From an uncultured Candidatus Saccharibacteria bacterium (lineage in GTDB: Bacteria > Patescibacteriota > Minisyncoccia > Phycocordibacterales > WO2-35-19): a stretch of DNA of 29,731 bases. The DNA lies in the NCBI GenBank assembly GCA_964417625.1, contig CAYQIR010000002.1, forward strand, positions 11,227 to 40,957. The letters run 5' to 3'. The translations under genes were made by a program, and so were the position numbers. The notes below the pieces were generated by a model that did not search any database, was not told where the DNA came from, and was given only the letters and a program-made list of their open reading frames with translations. Of this stretch, positions 24,526-29,731 are shown piece after piece (the stretch's first letter is position 1; each line of letters starts with the position of its first letter).

Positions 24526-25737
24526 TTACTTCGTGAGATATTCCACCGCTTTGTCCAAAATAGGGTCATTGCCATCCTTGGTATTTTCCGGAGTTACTTT
24601 AACCTCGATATCGGGAGTGAGGCCGCCGTTGGAAATTGAATTGCCGAGCGGAGTGAGCCAATGAGCGACTGTGATTTTTAGAGAAGTGTCGGAGGTCAGA
24701 TCTACCAATTCCTGGACAGAACCTTTGCCGAAAGTCTGTTCTCCAATCAAAGCGGCTTTGCCGTATTCTTTGAGAGCGCCGGCCAAAATCTCGGCAGCCG
24801 AGGCGGAGCCGTTGTTGACCAAAATAACCAGTTTAAGCCTGTCGGTAAAAATATCATAGCCCTTGCTTCGGTACTCATGGTCTTCCCTCTTCCCGCCGAA
24901 ATCTTCGGTCGCCACCACGCGGCCGGTCGGTAAAAACCAGCTGGCCATATCCAAAGCGGCTTCAAGATAACCGCCAGGATTGTTGCGCAAATCTATGACC
25001 AGTTTATCGGAGCCGGATTCTATAAATTCCCGCAAGGCGCCCCTGAAAAAACTTGGGGAGGTGGCTCCGAAGTTGTAAAGTTCAAGCACAAAAACTCCGC
25101 TCGGCAAAAGTTTTGTCTTGACAGTCGGTATTTCAATCACCGCCCGAACCATCTTTTTTATAATCGGCTGATTGACCCCTTTTCTGATAAAAGTAACTGC
25201 AACGGTTGTGCCGACTTCGCCGCGAATCAGTTTAACCGCTTCTTCAGTGCTCATTTTGATTGCAGACTGACCGTCAATCTCTATGATTTTATCGCCGGCC
25301 AAAACCCCAGCTTTATCAGCCGGAGTGCCCTTAAGAGGCGCCACTACAGTCGGCACTCCGTCGACGATATCTATTTCCATTCCCACTCCGCCGAAACTGC
25401 CGCTGATTTCTTCTTCAAAAGCCTTGGATTCTACCGGCGGGAAAAAGACTGTATACGGGTCGTTATAAGAAGCCGCCAGCCCCTCTATGGCGCCCCAGAC
25501 TTTGTCTTGGTCGGCGACCGATGGTGTGGTGGAAGCGGGCGGGGTGAACTTTTCGTCCAAAATATTCCAAGCTTTCCAAAACGGCCCAAAATCCACGGCA
25601 AGAGTCGTGGTCGCATTTATAAATTTGGTTTCGTCAAACCCGTTTCCAGTTCTTTTGCCTATATAAAATCCGGAAGCAAACAGGATAGTCGCTATCAACA
25701 CCGGAGTTAAAAATTGTGTATATCTTTCGTACCTCAT
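24526..25737 (-). CDS. C-terminal processing protease (S41, PDZ)
   Basis: DPYT, FGGVG PDZ, DLRNNPGG, SASAAEI, TFGKGSVQ and GLTPDI. Confidence 0.93.
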   Translation of the reverse strand: MRYERYTQFLTPVLIATILFASGFYIGKRTGNGFDETKFINATTTLAVDFGPFWKAWNILDEKFTPPASTTPSVADQDKVWGAIEGLAASYNDPYTVFFPPVESKAFEEEISGSFGGVGMEIDIVDGVPTVVAPLKGTPADKAGVLAGDKIIEIDGQSAIKMSTEEAVKLIRGEVGTTVAVTFIRKGVNQPIIKKMVRAVIEIPTVKTKLLPSGVFVLELYNFGATSPSFFRGALREFIESGSDKLVIDLRNNPGGYLEAALDMASWFLPTGRVVATEDFGGKREDHEYRSKGYDIFTDRLKLVILVNNGSASAAEILAGALKEYGKAALIGEQTFGKGSVQELVDLTSDTSLKITVAHWLTPLGNSISNGGLTPDIEVKVTPENTKDGNDPILDKAVEYLTK

Positions 25738-25786
25738 TTTCTGTTATAATATATCACAGCTTGGCCTCATATCAAAAATTAAAATC

Positions 25787-26689
25787 ATGATTGTAACACG
25801 TTCCTTTATGGATCAAGTTTGGACCGATTTGAATTCCCCCACCAAAGAAGAACTGGACGGGCTTATTTTGGCCCAAAATTTGGACCCGCTCATCGCTAAG
25901 GACCTCTTGACGCCCACTCCCAGACAGCACGCTAAAGAATTCAGCAATGCTATTTACGCGGTCATCCATATCCCTATTTTCAAGCATGCCCATTCCCTCA
26001 ATTTGGAGCAGGAGGTGGATTTTATCATTACCGAAAAGGGCCTCCTCACCACTCGCTATGACAGCATTGACGCTTTGCACCACTTTGCCAAGCAGATAGA
26101 AGTGGATGAGATTTTGAACAAAGAAAATCATTCCCACCTTTTCTTCGGCCTGATGCGCGAAATCTATAAATTCCTTTTTGACGAAGTTGAATACACCAAA
26201 GACTGGCTCCGTGAGATTGAAAAAAATATTTTCCAGGGCCGGGAGAAGAATATGGTATTTGACATTTCCGAGGCCGGCATCAATCTTTTGAGCTTCAAAA
26301 GAGTGGTAGGGCCGCACGAAGCCGTCTGGAGAAACCTGAAGGAAATTGGCACCAGCCATTTTGGCGAGAAATTCGGTAAAGACGCCAAGGTACTCTTGGA
26401 AGAAGCAGAGCGGCTGACCCTCGAGTTGGGCAACATTTCCGATATGCTTGATGAACTGCGCGAGACCAACAATTCCATTCTCTCGACGAAGCAAAATGAG
26501 GTAATGAAGATTTTCACCATCTTGGCTTTTGTGACTTTCCCTTTGTCGCTCATAGCCGCCATCTTCGGCATGAACACCGCATTCATACCAATTGTCGGAA
26601 CACCGAACGATTTTTGGATAGTAGTAGGGTTTATGTTTATCGTAAGCCTTGCAATGTTCTCCTATTTCAAGTATAAAAAATGGATCTAA
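25787..26689 (+). CDS. corA: CorA-family Mg2+/Co2+ transporter
   Basis: NEVMKIFTI and FGMN signature followed by two C-terminal TM helices. Confidence 0.9.
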   Translation: MIVTRSFMDQVWTDLNSPTKEELDGLILAQNLDPLIAKDLLTPTPRQHAKEFSNAIYAVIHIPIFKHAHSLNLEQEVDFIITEKGLLTTRYDSIDALHHFAKQIEVDEILNKENHSHLFFGLMREIYKFLFDEVEYTKDWLREIEKNIFQGREKNMVFDISEAGINLLSFKRVVGPHEAVWRNLKEIGTSHFGEKFGKDAKVLLEEAERLTLELGNISDMLDELRETNNSILSTKQNEVMKIFTILAFVTFPLSLIAAIFGMNTAFIPIVGTPNDFWIVVGFMFIVSLAMFSYFKYKKWI

Positions 26690-26692
26690 CAT

Positions 26693-28078
26693 ATGGAAAT
26701 AAAATTGCATAACACCCTAAGCGGCAAGAAAGAAGTTTTTAAACCCATCAACGAAAAAGAAGCATTGATGTACAACTGCGGGCCGACCGCTTATGGCGAG
26801 CAGCATATTGGGAATCTTAGTATGTTCGTCTTTACCGATATCCTCCGCCGCACTCTGGAATATGGCGGCTACAAAGTAAAGCAAGTGATAAACATCACCG
26901 ACTTCGGCCACCTCTCCGGCGACAATGAAGGCCGGGCTGACGAAGGCGAGGACCGGATGACTAAGGGCCTCCGGCGCGAAAAAATGGCGCTTACCATGTC
27001 CAACATGCGGGTGCTCGCAGAGAAGTATGCCAATATATTTTTTGAGTCGCTTAAAACTCTCAACGTCAATATCGAAAAAACCCGCTTCCCTTTTGCTTCG
27101 GATTATATTCCGGACCAAATCAAAATGATTCAAACGCTCCAAGAAAAAGGCTTCACTTATAATGGAGAAAACGGCGTATATTTTGATACGAATAAATTTC
27201 CGGACTATGGGGGGCTAGGGCAAATCAATCTCGCCGGGCTCTCGGAGGGGGCGCGGGTAGAAAAAAGCGAGAAGAAAAGCCCGACCGACTTTATCCTCTG
27301 GAAAAAAGATAAAAAAATAGGCTGGGAATCGCCATGGGGCCTCGGCTTCCCGGGTTGGCACATTGAATGTTCGGCTATGATTTTCAAACTGCTTGGCGAA
27401 CAGATAGATATCCACACCGGCGGCATCGAACACATCCCCGTTCACCACAACAACGAAATTGCTCAGGCTGAATCGGCGAGCGGCAAAAAACCGTTTGTGA
27501 AGTTTTGGCTTCATCGGGCTCATCTGAAAATTGACGACAGCAAAATTTCCAAATCCGAAGGCACCGCCGTTTACCTCGGCGACTTCAAGCTCCGCCACAT
27601 CCACCCCCTCTCTTTCCGCTTCTGGCTCCTTACCGCCCACTACAAAACGGGAGCCAACTTCACTTGGGAAGGAGTCCGGGGCGCCCAAACCGCTTTTGAG
27701 AAAATTTTGAATGCTTACCTTGATATGCCAAAGTCAGACAAAAGCGACAAAGAAGTAATGGAAAAATTTGAAAAAGCGATCGTTGATGACCTGAATACTC
27801 CGGTCGCCATCGCCATCATGCAAGAAGCCAGGTCAAAAAAAGTTATAGAAAAAATGGACAAAGTGCTGGGCCTCAATATTGAAAAGCTGGCCAAGGAAAT
27901 AGAGACGAATATTCCCGATGAAATCGCAGAATTGAAGTCAGAAAGAGACAGCGCCAGGAGCGCCAAAAACTGCGAGCACAGCGACGCCTTGCGCAAAGAG
28001 ATTGAAAAAGACAATTTCATCTTGGAAAACAAAAATGGCAAAAGTGTCATTAGAAAAAAATTGTTTTCTTTGATTTAA
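26693..28078 (+). CDS. cysS: Cysteine-tRNA ligase
   Basis: YNCGPT, HIGN, GFPGWHIECS, DIHTGG, HHNNE and KISKS. Confidence 0.97.
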   Translation: MEIKLHNTLSGKKEVFKPINEKEALMYNCGPTAYGEQHIGNLSMFVFTDILRRTLEYGGYKVKQVINITDFGHLSGDNEGRADEGEDRMTKGLRREKMALTMSNMRVLAEKYANIFFESLKTLNVNIEKTRFPFASDYIPDQIKMIQTLQEKGFTYNGENGVYFDTNKFPDYGGLGQINLAGLSEGARVEKSEKKSPTDFILWKKDKKIGWESPWGLGFPGWHIECSAMIFKLLGEQIDIHTGGIEHIPVHHNNEIAQAESASGKKPFVKFWLHRAHLKIDDSKISKSEGTAVYLGDFKLRHIHPLSFRFWLLTAHYKTGANFTWEGVRGAQTAFEKILNAYLDMPKSDKSDKEVMEKFEKAIVDDLNTPVAIAIMQEARSKKVIEKMDKVLGLNIEKLAKEIETNIPDEIAELKSERDSARSAKNCEHSDALRKEIEKDNFILENKNGKSVIRKKLFSLI

Positions 28079-28094
28079 TGTTTGTTTTTTATTT

Positions 28095-28123
28095 CTCTCC
28101 CCTAGTTGTGCGATCGCACAACT
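28095..28123. repeat. 29-bp direct repeat with a perfect 20-bp palindrome (3' end of the PaaX-like gene)
   Basis: CTCTCCCCT-AGTTGTGCGATCGCACAACT; contains the gene's stop codon. Confidence 0.9.
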
Positions 28124-28719
28124 GTGGTAGGTTCCGTATAAGGAAAGTTGATTTTAAGCTTAAAATCTGGCTCTACCGAACGGGCTACGATATAACGCAC
28201 ATATTTTTTGATCTCATACAATTCGGCAATCTTAAACATTTGTTCTTTGCACTCGTGGGGATACACAAAAACAGATTTTTCAAAATTATACATCCCGGCA
28301 AAATTAAGAGCTCTGTTAAAACGCTGCCTGTTTATTTTTAGTTTCTCGGGTATATCAAAAGTTACAATTCTCCAAAAACCATCCCATTTAATTCCTAAAG
28401 GTAATTTGATTGATTTAACTTTAAGGCCGGCAAAATAAATTCTGCCTTCTTTTGTTAATTTCAATTTCCTTTTGCCATTTTTCATCCAAAAGCGTATAAA
28501 TTTTCTTTTTTCAAGTGAGTTGAGTATACGTTCTGTTCTGTACTTATTTTTCCAATCCGGAACCCATCCCAGCAGTTTGATAATATGTCCAGCCGCATTC
28601 GGCGCAGCAACTCCTAAAAATAAAATGGTTCCTAGTTTACCAATCGCCTCTAAAATTTCCAAAGTTCTTTCGTCTCTGGCAAATTTTTTAACTTTTTGAA
28701 TTTTTTCTTTTATCTCCAC
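28102..28719 (-). CDS. PaaX-like protein: winged-HTH plus Cas2/VapD-like domain
   Basis: L..LEKRKFI...KLKLTKEG (wing) followed by WDGFWRIVTFDIPE...R..F.R.L...G...EKSVFV.P; GTG start 8 nt after TATAAT. Confidence 0.8.
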   Translation of the reverse strand: MEIKEKIQKVKKFARDERTLEILEAIGKLGTILFLGVAAPNAAGHIIKLLGWVPDWKNKYRTERILNSLEKRKFIRFWMKNGKRKLKLTKEGRIYFAGLKVKSIKLPLGIKWDGFWRIVTFDIPEKLKINRQRFNRALNFAGMYNFEKSVFVYPHECKEQMFKIAELYEIKKYVRYIVARSVEPDFKLKINFPYTEPTTVVRSHN

Positions 28720-28738
28720 AACTGTTCATTATATCCTA

Positions 28739-28767
28739 CTCTCCCCTAGTTGCGCGATCGCACAACT
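28739..28767. repeat. 29-bp direct repeat, second copy (promoter side of the PaaX-like gene)
   Basis: CTCTCCCCT-AGTTGCGCGATCGCACAACT; 28/29 identical to 28095-28123. Confidence 0.9.
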
Positions 28768-28820
28768 AAGGGATAATGAGAATTGATATAAATTTATGAT
28801 AGAATTTAAAAAATAAAAAT

Positions 28821-28894
28821 GCGAGATTAGTTTAGTGGCAAAATGGGTGCTTCCCAAGCATCAGACGCGAGTTCGATTCTCGCATCTCGCACCA
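28821..28894 (+). tRNA. tRNA-Gly (anticodon CCC)
   Basis: Cloverleaf: acceptor GCGAGAT/ATCTCGC, anticodon arm GGTGC-TTCCCAA-GCATC, T arm GCGAG-TTCGATT-CTCGC, encoded CCA. Confidence 0.95.
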
Positions 28895-29068
28895 CGTAAA
28901 AACTCTCGAGCAGGATTTAAAGTATCTCTCGAGTTCACGTGGCGCAGCCACAAAAACAAAAGCAAAAATGCTCTATAAATCTGCGAGATGAGTTTTGAGT
29001 GACTCGTGAGACGTGGTTTGTAATAAATATGATAATATTTATTACAAGCTTTACGTCTTTTACGAGCA

Positions 29069-29341
29069 ATGCACTACGTTGTCTACATTTTAGAAGATCA
29101 AATAGACAAAACTTGGTATATTGGTTTTACTCATGATTTAAAGCAAAGATTGAAAGACCATAAATCTGGACATAGCCCTTATACAAGCAAGAAAAAAGAT
29201 TTGAAACTTATTTATGCAGAAATGTATTTGAGTAAAGCGGATGCTTTGGGTAGAGAAAAATTTTTGAAAAGTGGGTCTGGGCATAGATTTATAAAGAAGC
29301 AGTTGGCAAATTATTTTGATCTAAGCAAATTAGACCGCTAG
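29069..29341 (+). CDS. Stand-alone GIY-YIG nuclease-family protein
   Basis: YVVYIL, WYIGFT.DL..RL..H, EMYLSK.DA..RE.FLKSG.G. Confidence 0.9.
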   Translation: MHYVVYILEDQIDKTWYIGFTHDLKQRLKDHKSGHSPYTSKKKDLKLIYAEMYLSKADALGREKFLKSGSGHRFIKKQLANYFDLSKLDR

Positions 29342-29460
29342 TTATCCTATTTCCTCTGTTCCCAATACATCTATTTGCGTTTTCTGGCGACCTAATTTCG
29401 TTAGATAGGAATAGTTACCTAGACCTTTATTTTTAGACGTTTTTCGATTAAAATGGTCAT

Positions 29461-29731
29461 GTGGAAGAATTACCAATTACACAAGGTGTTGAGAGGGAAA
29501 AGACTCCTGAAAAAGGTGCAAATGTGCTCATATCCATTGAACTTATTCGTCATCCTGAAAAAGATTTTCAAACTGGCAGTCTTTCTGAAAAAGGAAAAGT
29601 AGATTTTTTAGATAAACTAAAAGAAGAGCATCAACCCGACCAATATGACACGACAAAATTTTATGTTACACCTCTAAAGCGAGGCCAGGAAGTTAAAGAG
29701 CCCATCCAAACATTCCTAGATAATGAAGGTA
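29461..29731 (+). CDS. 5' part of a probable histidine-phosphatase-superfamily protein (runs off the window)
   Basis: Frame is open from 29452 to the end of the window; putative GTG start; IELIRHPEKDFQTGSLSEKG resembles the RHG...L(T/S)xxG motif. Confidence 0.5.
   Translation, partial: MEELPITQGVEREKTPEKGANVLISIELIRHPEKDFQTGSLSEKGKVDFLDKLKEEHQPDQYDTTKFYVTPLKRGQEVKEPIQTFLDNEG

Noticed and set aside
25772-26710. 312-aa antisense ORF, and other long antisense ORFs (e.g. 9851-10588, 13387-13905, 22005-22601)
   Set aside because: Shadows of well-supported genes on the opposite strand, with no domain motifs.
28078-28341. 87-aa + strand ORF spanning the palindrome
   Set aside because: Antisense to the PaaX-like gene; its VVRSHN is just the palindrome read on the other strand.
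28095-28767. CRISPR array or true cas2 locus
   Set aside because: Only two repeat copies about 615 bp apart with a whole gene between them; no spacer-sized units and no cas1 or effector genes in the window.
29453-29602. ATG-initiated 49-aa ORF near the right edge
   Set aside because: The overlapping frame stays open to the window end and has a recognisable RH phosphatase-like motif, so it is the likelier gene.

Overview
29.7-kb, mostly core-genome window whose gene set and style point to a Patescibacteria/CPR (Parcubacteria-like) bacterium. This is an inference from the short AspRS, leaderless genes, PaaX-like, Ada-like and SLT-like small proteins, and a large Cys-rich surface protein. Housekeeping genes: ahpC, trpS, aspS, scpA-scpB, a DD-carboxypeptidase, mraY, ftsW, murG, gltX, rpmA, rplI, an S41 protease, a CorA-family transporter, cysS and tRNA-Gly(CCC). 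A ~7-kb accessory block (16145-23015) holds a 910-aa adhesin-like protein with a 504-bp tandem duplication and a GC-richer pair of Acidobacteria-style secreted proteins (Solibacter C-terminal-domain protein and S8 protease). The most unusual signals are non-coding. (i) A wHTH/Cas2-fold (PaaX-like) gene is bracketed by 29-bp direct repeats that each carry a 20-bp palindrome. (ii) Two hairpins with unrelated stems share the same loop (AAACTGC..GTCCCA), one inside a candidate ~190-nt ncRNA. (iii) A candidate pseudoknot lies after aspS. (iv) Seven REP-like palindromes centre on a DUF559 nuclease gene, and palindromic elements are inserted in frame in three genes. No CRISPR array, integrase or transposase was seen. 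All family calls come from motif recognition by eye, not database searches.
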